DNA of 64,000 bases from Octopus sinensis. Lineage: Eukaryota. The stretch lies in NCBI RefSeq assembly GCF_006345805.1, contig NC_043008.1, forward strand, positions 34,720,001 to 34,784,000. The letters are read 5' to 3'. Numbering within the stretch: the first letter of the stretch is position 1; each line of letters begins with the position of its first letter. Position numbers and translations under genes: made by a program. The notes under the pieces are model-generated. The model searched no databases. It was not told the origin of the DNA and saw only the letters and a program-made list of their open reading frames with translations. Positions 37,162 through 49,650 of this stretch are shown here, one piece after another.

Positions 37162-37556
37162 CTAGCAGTATCGCCCGGCGTTGCTCGGGTTTGTAAGGGA
37201 AATAATTATATAAGCATTTTTAGAGATGTAAAGTATAATAGCCATCTCAATATGGCTAACCACAAAGGGGGAGGGGTGTTACTGTAGCTTTTTACGTTCT
37301 GAGATTTAATAATAAATTTTAGAGAGTTACTTCCCTTATATATGTCAAAAATGGATTAAAAATGGGAAAAATTGATGGTAAATTTTTTTTTAAATCGTAG
37401 ACTCATCGTAGATGCGCGCTAATACCCAGACGGTCTCGATATGAATCACGACTATAAGATACCCGGTTTTGGTTAAACTGCACCGCAAAATGTGGGAGTA
37501 GTTAGGAATCTAAATCGTAGGAGAGAGACACACAACCTCACTTTTATATATAAAGA
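37162..37556 (-). mobile_element. Non-autonomous Helitron
   Basis: On the minus strand: 5' A|TC (atctttatatataaaag), 3' hairpin cccgagcaacgccggg followed by CTAG|T. Confidence 0.8.
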
Positions 37557-37733
37557 TTTCCTCTATTTACATAATATTGAGGTCTCTTTCTTTCTTTTGT
37601 TATCTTACTGTTTTTACCAATATACATATATATATATAATATATATATATATATATAAATATATATATAGTTACAGAGATGTACTTGCATAGCAAGTGAC
37701 TTGATCTGAGATCGTGTGCTGGAACGAAAACAG

Positions 37734-37991
37734 TTGCAGCGTTGAAGGTGTTTATAAGCCATTTAAGAAACACACAAAAACCGTTAGATTCACTTCAACA
37801 TTTTAATTTAATTTGTCAAAATATTTTCGTCGCTTTGAGACTGCGACCTGTTAGCACGATATTTTTGTCAGTGAACAGGTCGCGGTCTCAAAGCGACGAA
37901 AATATTTTGGCAAATTAATTTAAATGTTGAAGTGAATGTAACGGTTTTTGTGTGTTTCTTAAATGGCTTAGAAACACCTTCCAGGCTGCAA
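37734..37991. repeat. Inverted repeat (arms ~37734-37852 and ~37874-37991) of a probable Penelope-like terminal repeat containing the hammerhead-like motif
   Basis: The arms are reverse complements over ~118 bp with few mismatches, around a 21-nt spacer. Confidence 0.8.
37864..37914 (+). ncRNA. Hammerhead-like motif with G3:C8 covariant core
   Basis: tttgtca GTGAACA g gtcgc ggtctcaaa gcgac GAAA atattt tggcaaa: stem I tttgtca/tggcaaa, stem II gtcgc/gcgac, palindromic AATATT stem III. Confidence 0.5.
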
Positions 37992-38357
37992 TATATATAT
38001 ACACACATATATATATATGTATGTATGTATGTATGTGTGTATATGTGTATGCATGTATGTGTGTGTGTGTGCGTGTCTGTGCTTGTGATTGTCCTCCACC
38101 ACTGCTTGACAACGAATGTTGGTTTGTTTACATCCCTGTCACCTAGTGGTTTGACAAAGGAAACAGATAGAATAAGTACAATGCTTACAAAAATAAAACT
38201 GGAGTTGATTCATTAAACTACAATTCTTCAAGGCATTGCCCCAGCATGGCCACAGACCAATGGCTGGAAAAAGCAGAAGAATAAAAGAATACATTCTCTG
38301 CTTTGGTCTTATGTTCAAGGCATGAGAAAGCTTGAGTTTACATGAGAAGGCCTAACA

Positions 38358-38836
38358 GACCTGGTAGAAACAGCAGCCAAATCTCCCTCAAATCACACCT
38401 TACTGTCTTATGTATGTATATATATATGAGCCAATGAGGAGGACCTCTACATGGTAGCTAGACCTGGTAGAAATAGCAGCCAAATTTCCCCCAAATCACA
38501 CCTTACTGTCTTATCTATGTATATATGTATGTATGAGCCTATGAGGGAGACCCCTACATGGCAGCTAGACCTGGTAGAAATAGCAGCCAAATTTCCCCCA
38601 AATCACACCTTACTGTCTTATCTATGTATATATGTATGTATGAGCCTATAAGGGAGACCCCTACATGGCAGCTAGACCTGGTAGAAATAGCAGCCAAATT
38701 TCCCCCAAATCACACCTTACTGTCTTATCTATGTATATATGTATGTATGAGCCTATGAGGGAGACCCCTACATGGCAGCTAGACATGGTAGAAATAGCAG
38801 CCAAATCTCCCTCAAATCACACCTTACTGTCTTATC
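38358..38836. repeat. Minisatellite, ~4.5 x 107 bp
   Basis: Identical short ORFs recur at 38451, 38558, 38665 and 38772 (period 107). Confidence 0.95.
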
Positions 38837-40397
38837 TTTCTGCTACTTGGATATAGGTGTTATATTCATCGTAAAAAACTTTCCTGTCACACACTCACGC
38901 ACACGCACACACACACACACACACACACACGCGCACACCCACACATACCCACTCACACACACGCACGTTAGCTTACAATTTTATTTATATATTTGCGTGT
39001 CTATGTGTTGAAAGAGGAAGTGGGAGGCAGAGTGAAAGAATCACTCACTACAGTAAGTCAATTACTTTCATTTTATTCGTTGCCCACTGTGTGTGTGCGT
39101 TTGCGTGTGCTGTAAACCAGACTAAGAAAAGCATTTGACACACACACCAGAATGTGAGTTTTCTGTAAATTTTGCTTAATTGGAGTTTAAATTTTAAAAA
39201 CTGGACCTGGCATGACGCGATGCATTGTACTCTTAAAAATGCAAGGTAAATTGTAATTGAAGAAATCCTATATTGTAGATTTGTATAACTCCCAAAGGGA
39301 GGCAGATAAAATCTGCCTTTTATAATAAGAGATGTATATATGTATATATAAGTAAATAAATGGAGTTGAATGGATATGTTATTCAAATTCTTTTACTTTC
39401 GAGATATGTTTCGAAGACAACATTGGTTTTACTCCAAAGGAATAAACGGTGTGTATATATGTATGTATATGTATGTATATGTATGAGTGTGTGTGTGTGT
39501 GTGTGTGTGTATTAGTGACAGAGCCAGTATTAATACCGAAGGATAATATTTAACCCCACTTAAATGTAGCTGTTCTGTTAGATAACATGAGAGAACCTCT
39601 CATATTGGCTTTTGGTGCAAAATGCACTCTTGTTGATATTGCTAGAGGGGAGATAAATCCCTCAGAGAAGGGAAGACAGAGGAAAAAAATCGCCAATGGT
39701 ACACACGAGGTCACATTTTGAAAAACATATATATATATATATAATATATGTATGTACTTATACTTATTCCACAAAGTTTACATATGTAATGTAAAAACTG
39801 GAAAACATACAATATATAAGTGTATAATTTTCTCCACTATACAAAGACAATAAATATAAAACATTATTAAGAACAAATAACCTATTCTTTGGTACAAACA
39901 CACTCGTGATATTTGTTCTGCCTGAGTTGCACAGACATTCCCTTATAAATCTTGCATTCATATACTGTGTGAGCTAACAATGCTGTTACTCACAAAATGT
40001 AATATAACTGAGTAAAATGTCAAAAGTTTGATATTAAGTTCAATATAATAAAAAATAAAAGAGAAATTTGCCTAATTCTGATGTCTTTATGCATTTTGTT
40101 TAATCTGTGTCTTTTACCATTTACCTGTTTCAGTCATTAGAGAGCAGCCACACTAGAACACAGCCTTAAAAAGTTTTAATCAGAGAAATCAACCTTAGTA
40201 GTTGCTTGTATTTCTTTTCTAAATTTGGTACTTATTCCATCAATCTGTTTTAGCCAAACCACAAAGCTACTAGGACATAAACAAACCGATACCAGCTGTC
40301 AAGACATGGGTAAGAGGACAAACTCAAACACACACAGACACAAACACACGCACGCACACAAACATACACACACAGATAGTTAGATAGATAGATAGAT

Positions 40398-40630
40398 AAG
40401 GTGGCGAGCTGGCAGAAACGTTAGCACACCGGGTGAAATGTGTGGCCGTATTTCGTCTGCCATTACGTTCTGAGTTCAAATTCCGCCGAGGTCGACTTTG
40501 CCTTTCGTCCTTTCAGGGTCGATAAATTAAGTACCAGTTACGCACTGGGGTCGATGTAATCAACTTAATCTGTTTGTCTGTCCTTGTTTGTCCCCTCTGT
40601 GTTTAGCTTCTTGTGGGTAGTAAAGAAATG
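40398..40630 (+). mobile_element. SINE family C (also ~53400-53590, 45290-45490 minus, 41635-41840 minus, and several at 7000-9060)
   Basis: aaggtggcgagctggcagaaacgttagc...gagttcaaattccgccgaggtcgactttgcc, multi-copy in the window. Confidence 0.8.
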
Positions 40631-40661
<31 letters not shown>

Positions 40662-41179
40662 GATGGCTTCGTTTAGTTTCTCTCTTCCAAATACACTCAC
40701 AAGGCTTTGGTGGGCCTAGGGCTATAATAGAAGACACTTACCTAAGATGTCATGTAGTAGGACTGAACCTGTAACCTTGTAGTTGGAAAACAAACTTCTT
40801 ATCACCGGCCACATCTTTGTCTGTTCATAAAAATAATCTAATACTCATTCTTAGAATTTTGCTGATTATTTCTTCTTTTAATTATATTTAATGATTTTAC
40901 TTTCAAGAGAAATTATGCAGTTCTATTTTGAATCAAAAGTCAGTTTATTCCTTCTATGATATTTTTTCACTGGTTCCAGTCATTGGACTGCAGTCACAAG
41001 GTGTTATGTATGCCAGCTTCTTGTATATATTGAATTTTTCCATGGCACCCAGCCCTAGCTAGAGCAGCATTATAATAAGTTGCATGTGATTCGAAAATTT
41101 TATTATTGGCAGATAATCTAGAGATTCTTGTAGAAATATTCTTAATTAGTCCCCATATAATCAAGGGTGGATGGTTGGA

Positions 41180-41540
41180 TGCAGAGAAAGATCAAAATGT
41201 CCTTTGATGAATCTTTGTATGAGTACAAATCTTGTATATAAATGTACCATTCACACAAGGTGAGGGCCGTGTGTTTACATTGGGTAGACAGGTGATTCAT
41301 TTAAGAATCGTTATTGCAACCATGTTGCCAGCTTTAAGACAATCAATAAGAGACATTCAACATCTTTGGCAGATTTTGTATGGCGGCTGAAGAAGGATAA
41401 AATGAAATACAGAATGAATTGGTCCATAGTAAGATATGCGAAAACATACAATATAATTTCCAGGAGATGCCGTCTCTGCTCTGAGGAATCCCTTTCTATT
41501 CTGTGGACTAACGATAAGATCATTAACAGAATTTCTGAAT
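41180..41540 (+). mobile_element. Penelope-like element GIY-YIG endonuclease remnant
   Basis: One frame reads CRERSKCPLMNLC...LVYKC...VYIG*TGDSFKNRYCNH..SF...HSTSLADFVW.LK...W.IV...Y....RC.LC.EE, with two internal stops. Confidence 0.8.
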
Positions 41541-42258
41541 GACTCTCCAGATGCCTACAAGCATATAAATGTACTTTCGCACAATGCAGTGAGAATGAAT
41601 TTTTATTTGTTTTTATGTTCAGTTATAATCCTTTCTACTATAGGCACAAGGCTTGAAATCTTGAGGGTGGGGTTAAGTCAATTTTTTTGACCCCAGTACT
41701 CAAATGATACTTAATTTATAGACCCTGAAAAGGTGAAAGGCAAAGTCAACCTCAGCAGAATTTGAACTCAGAATGTAAAAGATGGACTAAATGCCACTTA
41801 GCATTTTGCCTGGCATGCTAACGATTCTGCCAGCTCACCTCCTTTTGTTCAGTTATGATAAAAATACAATTTTACATTAATCTGATGAGTTACTCTCAAG
41901 TCCGACAATGGTTTAACTGGCCAAAACTTCGAAGTCACTGCCAACAACATTCTTGTATAATAACAATACATACATATATACATACATACATAACACCTAC
42001 CTACACTACCTACATACCTTCATACAACACACACACATGTATACTCTTTAACTCTTTTATTTGTTTCAGTCATTTGACTGTGGCCATGCTGGAGCACCGC
42101 CTTTAATCAAGCAAATCAACCCCAGGACTTATTTTTTGGAAGCCTAGTATTTATTCTATCGGTCTCTTTTGCTGAACCACTAAGTTACGGGGATGTAAAC
42201 ACACCAGCATTGGTTGTCAAGCGATGTTGCAGGGACAAACACAGACACACAAACATAT

Positions 42259-42291
<33 letters not shown>

Positions 42292-43305
42292 CATATATAT
42301 GATGGGCTTCTTTCAGCTTCCGTCTATCAAATCCACTCACAAGGCTTTGGTCGACCTGAAGCTATAGTAGAAGACACTTGCTCAAGGTGCCATGCAGTGG
42401 GACTGAACTCGGAACCATGTGGTTCGTAAGTAAGCTACTTACCACACACCCACTCCTACACCCACTTTATATGCCTACTTTATAAGTACTAGGCTTACAA
42501 AGAATAAGTCCTAGGGTCGATTTGCTTGACTAAAGTATAAGTTTCTTCATAGTTTACATCTTCTAAATTTGACTGACAAGGGAATAGTAAACTCAAGGTT
42601 GAAGACAGTTGCACAAGGCACTGCACAGTTGCACCTTGAACCAATGCACATTAGTGTAAAGTGAACTTCTAAATCGAACAGCGACGCACATGCTGATTAG
42701 TGCAAGATTTTAGCAGAAAAGCATTAAAAATATTGATGGAGTTACTGTTTTAATGATATCATATATTTTGATAATTGGGCAAGGTAATGTTGATATATTT
42801 CATACAGAGAGCATTAAATAAGCAAACTAGAAATGATTGAGAGAAAAAAAAAAAAGAAAGGAATTATAAACCTTTTAATACCATTTCACCTGAATCTGCT
42901 TGTATTTCTTATTATACAAAATTTGCTATCTTAAACATTCATATTTAAACTGAAACATCTCATCACAATTTTATGTAAGAATCTTTTATTAAGTTATGTT
43001 GCAAACAATAGTTCAATATACCAAAATAGAAAAAGCTAGTTATTTTGATAAAGCTCTTCAAATTTTTCATTATTTTCAAAACTAATTGAACCAACAGGAA
43101 GTTGTCATCATCATCATCATCAGCAGCAGCAGCAGCAGCATCATTACCACTTTAACATCCACTTCTTTTGCTCAAATTTAGGTTAAATCAGTGTTTCTTA
43201 AAGGGGAGGCCTATGGGATGGTCGGACAAGTTGTTTTGAGAAAATTTGGTTTAAATGTTTGATAAATGAGCACCGTCCATTGGACAGGGGGATGGGCGTT
43301 TTGCT

Positions 43306-43309
43306 CGTA

Positions 43310-43357
<48 letters not shown>

Positions 43358-43628
43358 TATGTATATACATACATATATATATATGTATATATACATATAT
43401 ATGTATACACATATATACATATATATGCATATGTATATACATATATATACATATATATATATATATGTACATACATATATATGTATATAAATGTATATAT
43501 ATATGTATATATATATATATATATATACATGCATATATAATATATATATATATGTATATATATGCATATATATGAATATATATGTATATATATGTGTGTG
43601 AGTGTGTGTGTATACACATATACACACA
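43306..43628. repeat. Complex (TA/TG/CA)n microsatellite
   Basis: Direct reading; source of many spurious IY/YI ORFs. Confidence 0.95.
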
Positions 43629-46104
43629 CATTTGTTTCAGTCATTTGACTGCAGCCATGCTGGAACACTGCCTTTTGTTGAAAAATTAACCCCAGGATTA
43701 TTCTTTGTAAGCCTATTACTTATTTTATCAGTTGTTTTTGCCAAACCACTAAGTTATGAGAATATAAACACAAACATCGGTTGTCAAGTGATGGTGGGGA
43801 ACAAACAAATACATAGATATATATATACAACAGGCTTCTTTCAGTTTTCATCTACCAGATCCACTTATATGGCTTTGGTCAGACCGAGACTATAGTAGAA
43901 GATACTGGCTCAAGGTGCCATGCAGTGGGACTGAACCCGGAACCATGTGGTTGTGAAGCAAGCCTCTTACCACACAGCCACTTCTATATATATATAGATA
44001 GATAGATACATACATACATACATCATCATCTTTATCATCGTCATCGTTTAACATCCACTTTCCATGCTAGCATAGGTTGAATGATTTGACTGAGGTCTGG
44101 CGAACCAGATGGCTGCACCAGACTCCAATCTGATGTAGCAGAGTTTCTACAGCTGGACGCCCTTCCTAACGCCAACCACTCCGAGCGTGTAGTGGGTGCT
44201 TTTACGTGCCACTGGCATGAGGGCCAGTCAGGCAGCAACGGCCATGCTCAAATGGTCCTTTTTATGTGCTACCTGCATAGGAGCCAGTCCAGCAGCACTG
44301 GCAATGATCTTGCTCAAATGTTTTTTCACGTGCCACCAGCATAAGTGCTAGTGGGTGATGCAGGTAACGATCATGTTCAAATGGTGTTTTTAACGTGCCA
44401 TTGGCACTGAGGCCAGCTTGTTGTTCTGGCCCCAATCTCACTCGTATGGTTCTCTTAGCGCTCCACTAGCACGGATGCCAACATACATACATACATATAT
44501 AGATGCATAGATGCAACAGGTTTCATTCAGGGACCCTCTACCAGATTACTTACAAGGTTTGGGCAGCCTGGTGCTCTAGTAGAAGACACTTATTCAAGCT
44601 GCCGTGCAGTGGGACTGAACCTGAATCCACATGATCAGGAAGCAAGCTTCTTCATTGCAAGGTCACACCTGAAAATACCTCATAATATAGTCATGAAAAG
44701 GTCAATAAATTAAAATTGTAGAATTGGTAAAACTACAGGCAAATTACCTTGTAAAATTAGACCATTTTCTGTGTTTAAATTTCACTATGTTTCTTTTCAT
44801 ACTTCAAAGGGTTGATAAAATGAGTACCAACCATGTCCTTAAGTCAGTATAATCAACTGTTCTCTCCTTTCTCCCTAAAAGAAATGTCTTAACTTCATAA
44901 AATGAAATAGTGCAATACATGACTGTCAAAAAACTTTAAGAAGCTTATAAACGTGTAGAAAAAGATAAAATTATATGTGTATGCTCTGTATACTTTCTTA
45001 AGGCTTTGATGTAAAATCCAAATTTTCAAGTCTGCCTCCATTTAACTTAATCCAGGACAGATTGTCTCCCCTACAACCGGTGATCGCCAAGAGTACACCA
45101 CATGTTAGAAATTAGTATTTTCAATTTTCAGGTAAATAGAGGAAACAACATTTAAACAAACTTAACGTTAGTTCAAATATGTTTGTGATGTATTTTAACT
45201 TCTAGAGACAAAAATCACAGCATTTTATCAAGAAAGGAAAAAAATCCTTGCTTTTGGTGATATGTGTGAAAATAATAATAATAATAATTCTTTCTACTAT
45301 AGGCACAAGGCCTGAAATTTAGGGGAGAGGTAAGTCGATTATATCGACCCCAGTACTCAACTGATACTCAATTTATCAAGTCCAAAAGTGTGAAAGGCAA
45401 AGTTGATCTTGGTGGAATTTGAACATAGTGACAGACAAAATGCCATGAAGCATTTTGCCCGGTGTACTAACATCTCTGCCAGCTCACCAACTTCACAATA
45501 ATAATAATAATAATAATAATAATATGCTTCACAGAAAGGGTACAAGAGAAGACACAGCATGCCATCAAAGTGACACTGGGGTAAAATATACGAAGTCCAG
45601 TATATCTATCATGACTACCTGTCTGATAAGGGTGCACCAGGCACATGCATCCCAACCATATGTGCATGACATGGTGATCTCATATCAAGATTAACACCTT
45701 GCAGGTGGGGGCCCAGTTAGAATTTTCTTCAGGTTGAGTAGCCCATCCCACTCAAAAAGTCCCTGATTAAAAGTTGTTTAAAGATGCTGAATGAAACACC
45801 CATGTTTCCAGAGGTGAATTATCCAAGCTCCAAAGAATTCCTCTCAACACATGTCTATGATGCTCTCCCACTATTTCTGCTTGTGATCAGTCAGAGATGC
45901 ACATATAATCAGCCTCTAAGGGACATGCTCAACTGGTTAAGGTCAAACAACTGACAAGCAAATCTGTAGTATAGAGCAGAATATTTGCTGTAGCCCATCT
46001 TTTATACCAAAACAAAACAACATACATGATAACACTTCCAATCAGTTAAGATGAGAAGTTATGAAAGCCACTACCTGGTACTGCATCAGGGCATTAATAA
46101 TAAT

Positions 46105-46555
46105 AATATGCTTGTACAGAAAGGGTATATGAGAAGACACAGCAGCATTGCCAGATTGGTTCGCTGGAGGCTCTGTCTTAAGTATGATGTAAGGGGAAGT
46201 AAGAAATGGTATGGGCACCAACTGGAAAGAGTTGTTGAAAATGAACAATATAAGATGTACTGGAACATGACCATCCGGTGCATAGGTAGAAGACTTGACA
46301 TTGTTGTCATAGGACAGAAGAAGAACAAAGCAATTACTGTGGATATTGTTTCACCAGGGAACCACAGGGTGAATGAGAAGGAAAGTGAGAAAGTTGAGAA
46401 ATATCAGGAGAGGGAAATCAGGAAACTATGGAGATCTGGCACTTAAAAGTCGTACTGGTAGTGGTTGGTGCACTATGAATAGTTAGTAAAAGATTTGATG
46501 CATGGGTTGAGAAGTTAGGAATTACCATCAGGATGGGACTTTTGCACAAGGCCAG
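46105..46555 (+). mobile_element. R4/Dong-clade RLE domain fragment; a second short piece with the same start lies at ~45520-45565
   Basis: ORF 46051..46446 (RRH..IAR.V.W.LC.KY....KWY.HQ.E.V.ENE..K.YW...LDIVV...VDI..P...V.EKE.EK.EKY). Both pieces begin right after (AAT)n. Confidence 0.8.
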
Positions 46556-46937
46556 CAATTTCAAGGAAGGGGTAAGTTGATTACATTGACCCCAACCAAT
46601 GCTCAACTGGTACTTATTTCATCAACCTTAAAGGATCAAAGGAAAAGTCAACTTTGGTGGAACTTGAACTTAGAATGTAAAGACAGATGAAATCAGATCT
46701 TTGTCAGAAATGGGGTTTTGAAGTTAAAATTACATGGTATAACCATCAAGTAGGAAGAGCACATGCAAGATTTTGTGGAATTTTCTAGTTCAAGCAGATC
46801 AATAATAGACAAGGAAGAGCAAATTTGTTTACTGGTTGACCTATCATGTCTATTTGATTCCAGGATTGTGAAACATTTAAAAAATACAACCCCTTAAAAT
46901 TTGAGATTGTAGGGATTTGGAACATGAAATTTGTAAA

Positions 46938-47406
46938 GGTTATGTCTGTAATAATTGGTGCATTATGGATAGTGAGTGATGACAAAGACAAATGAATATA
47001 AAAGATTTAGTGGCAATAGTTTACATATGATGCAAATGGATGTCATCTTTTAAGCCACTTAGAATTGCTTGCTATAGTCCAGTGTCTAGAACTGATAATC
47101 TTTTTGTTGGGGTGTTTGGATGAGTAATCAATGTTAATCTCAATGTAATGATGAATGGAGTTTACTACATGTTGGATATTTTCTATATCATAAAGTTACA
47201 TTGAGATTAACATTGATTACTCATCCAAACACCCCAACAAAAAGATTATCAGTTCTAGACACTGGACTATAGCTAGAAATTGTAAGTGGCTTAAAAGATG
47301 ACATCCATTTGCATCATATGTAAACTATTGCCACTAAATCTTTTATATTCATTTGTCTTTGTCATCACTCACTATCCATAATGCACCGATTATTACAGAC
47401 ATAACC
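46938..47406. repeat. Long near-perfect inverted repeat: arms 46938-47148 and 47196-47406 (211 bp each), 47-nt spacer
   Basis: Manual comparison finds about 4 mismatches between the left arm and the reverse complement of the right arm. Confidence 0.92.
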
Positions 47407-48030
47407 ATCCTTCATGCCATCCTTATCAAGAGTTGGGTCTAGACAAAGCAGCAATCATCACAATGGAAGAGCTTGTCATCTCTATGACTGAAGAAGGCAC
47501 AACACAGCCACTGCTCAACCGAGAGCATGCTCATCATTTTTTCCAACATCAGTGGTATTGTGTATTGAGAATTCCTTCCCCAGGGTCAGACCATCAGCAA
47601 AGAGTGCTACATTTTGAAGCATTTGAGGGAAGACATTTGGTGAAAGCAACAAGATCTGTTGAACATAAAGAATTGGATTCTTCATAAGGACAATGTATTC
47701 AATCACTGAGCTCTCCTCACTTCTGAGTTTCTTGCCAAAAGCAACATGGTACTGCTTCTGCACCTGCCCCTATTTGCCAGTTTTAATTCCTGTGGACTTC
47801 TATCTCTTCCTCAAGATGAAAAGGCAGCTCATAGGTCACTGCTTTAACACAGTTGTCAAGATCCAGAGTGAATTGCAGAAGGTCCTCAACTCGCTTTTGG
47901 AAAATGACTTTCAAAGTGGATTCAAAAGATGGCAGCAATGCTGCACAAGGTGACAATTTTGAAGGAGATGATGTTAAAACCTAGGTAAATAACTAGTCCT
48001 AGAACTGTTTGATACCACCTCATGTGTACG
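47407..48030 (+). mobile_element. Decayed mariner-family transposase (3' half)
   Basis: Translates to GIV..EFLPQGQTI...WILHKDN...HLPYLPVLIPVDFYLFLKMK, the decayed HPPYSPDLAP.DF.LF motif. Confidence 0.8.
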
Positions 48031-48812
48031 TGTGTGTGTACGCACACGCGTGCGAGTGTTTGTGTGTGTGTAAATCAAAGTATGCAGTGTTGTAGATACA
48101 TTTCAGTCAATCTTATGAATGTTTTACACTGGACATTAGATAACTAGATATTAGATAACCGTACAGTTAAGTAATACCACATGCTCTTCAGAGTTGCTAT
48201 CTCTGAAGAGCACATGGTATTACTAAACTGTGTTGTTAATAATGGTTATCTAATACCTTGTGCAGGATCAGTTAGTATGATTGACAAATATACAAGTGTA
48301 TATTCTTCCCCCCCCCCCCACACACACACACATACACATGTGAATATACTCCTATACATTGGATATTCCTTAAGATTTTGATACTATGAAAATAATTTAA
48401 CTGAAGGATTATTCTTTTCTTCTAGTCACACGTTAATATTGCTAGGAAACCAATAATAATACAAATTAATTTTTATTGTAATTGTAACCTATATTTCCTC
48501 ATTAGACAAAAGCAAATGACTTTATGACCACAGAAGAGCGAAAGTCTATGAGTGTTCATATTTGATCATGTAATAGTTTCGTCATGACTCAAAATATATC
48601 TAACATGTACAGACCCGCTCTTTTAATGGCAACAGATCTAATTACAGTGCTCTCCCCTTTCTTTACTATTTTACTGCCCTCTTATTAAAAGGAGTTGCAT
48701 TTAACAAAGCACTCTTTTTTATTTCTTTCCTGTCGCTTCCGTTCATCTGTAGAAGACTTAAACAACGTTTTCATTGTAGATTTTTTTTTTATTTACGCTC
48801 AATTCTCTGACT

Positions 48813-48979
48813 ATGAGTTGTTATTCTGTCACGAGTGGCTCAAAGTCACTTGTCGATCCTTCATGGGAATATATCGATCCAACACCTGATATCTTCGCAA
48901 TGTTTCAGGAATTCGATAGAACCTTCTTTGGAGGAACATTGTCTCGCGTAGAACTGAAGTGGAGCAAACGAATGACATC
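48813..48979 (+). CDS. SPRTN: Spartan (SprT-family DNA-protein crosslink protease) exon 1: MSCYSVTSGSKSLVDPSWEYIDPTPDIFAMFQEFDRTFFGGTLSRVELKWSKRMT
   Basis: Recognised similarity to the SPRTN N-terminal SprT region (SLVDxSWExxDPTPD...F...FF...VExKWSxRMT). Donor TC|GTAAGT, phase 2. The start ATG is less certain than the rest. Confidence 0.9.
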
Positions 48980-49283
48980 GTAAGTTGCCGTCTTGTTATT
49001 GTTCGTCAACCCTGCTTCCTCCCCTCCATCACTCTGCACTGACGTTCTTATGATCGTCCCATATTTCTGGATATTCAAGACTACACTGTCTGATTTTTTT
49101 ATTAATTTATTTATTAAAGTTGTAGGATGTGGTTTGAGGAAAATTTAGTCGCTATTTTTCTTGAGTATTATAAATATAAAGTAAACACTCTTCACAAGGG
49201 AAGCCCTGAAAACGAAGTCCCATAGCAGTTCAAATTCGCGCATAATTATCTCTCTCGATGACATGTTAATCTAGAGCTGTGGT

Positions 49284-49650
49284 GGAGGCGCAATGGCCCA
49301 GTGGTTAGGGCAGTGGACTCGCGGTCGTAGGATCGCGCTTTCGATTCCCAGATCGGACGTTGTGAATATTTATTGAGCGAAAACACCTAAAGTTCCAGCA
49401 GGAGGTGGTGACGAATCTTGCTGTACTCTTTCACCACAACTTTCTCTCTCACTCTTTCTGTTTCTGTTGTACCTGTATTTCAAAGGGCCAGCCTTATCAC
49501 ACAGTGTCACGCTGAATCTCCCCGTGAATTACATTAAAGGTACACGTGTCTGTGAAGTGCTCAGCCACTTGCATGTTAATTTCACGAGCAGGCTGTTCCG
49601 TTGATCGGATCAACTGGAACCCTCGTTGTAACCGACAGAATGTCAAGATC
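49284..49650 (+). mobile_element. tRNA-derived SINE family E (also 729-1099 minus, 18310-18620, 16800-16950)
   Basis: Head ggcgcaatggcccagtggttagg...ttcgattcc; shared body gctgaatctccc...gatcggatcaactggaaccctcg. Confidence 0.8.

Noticed and set aside
38358-38836. CRISPR-like array (also 28825-29058)
   Set aside because: Whole units repeat with no unique spacers, the context is eukaryotic and there are no cas genes.
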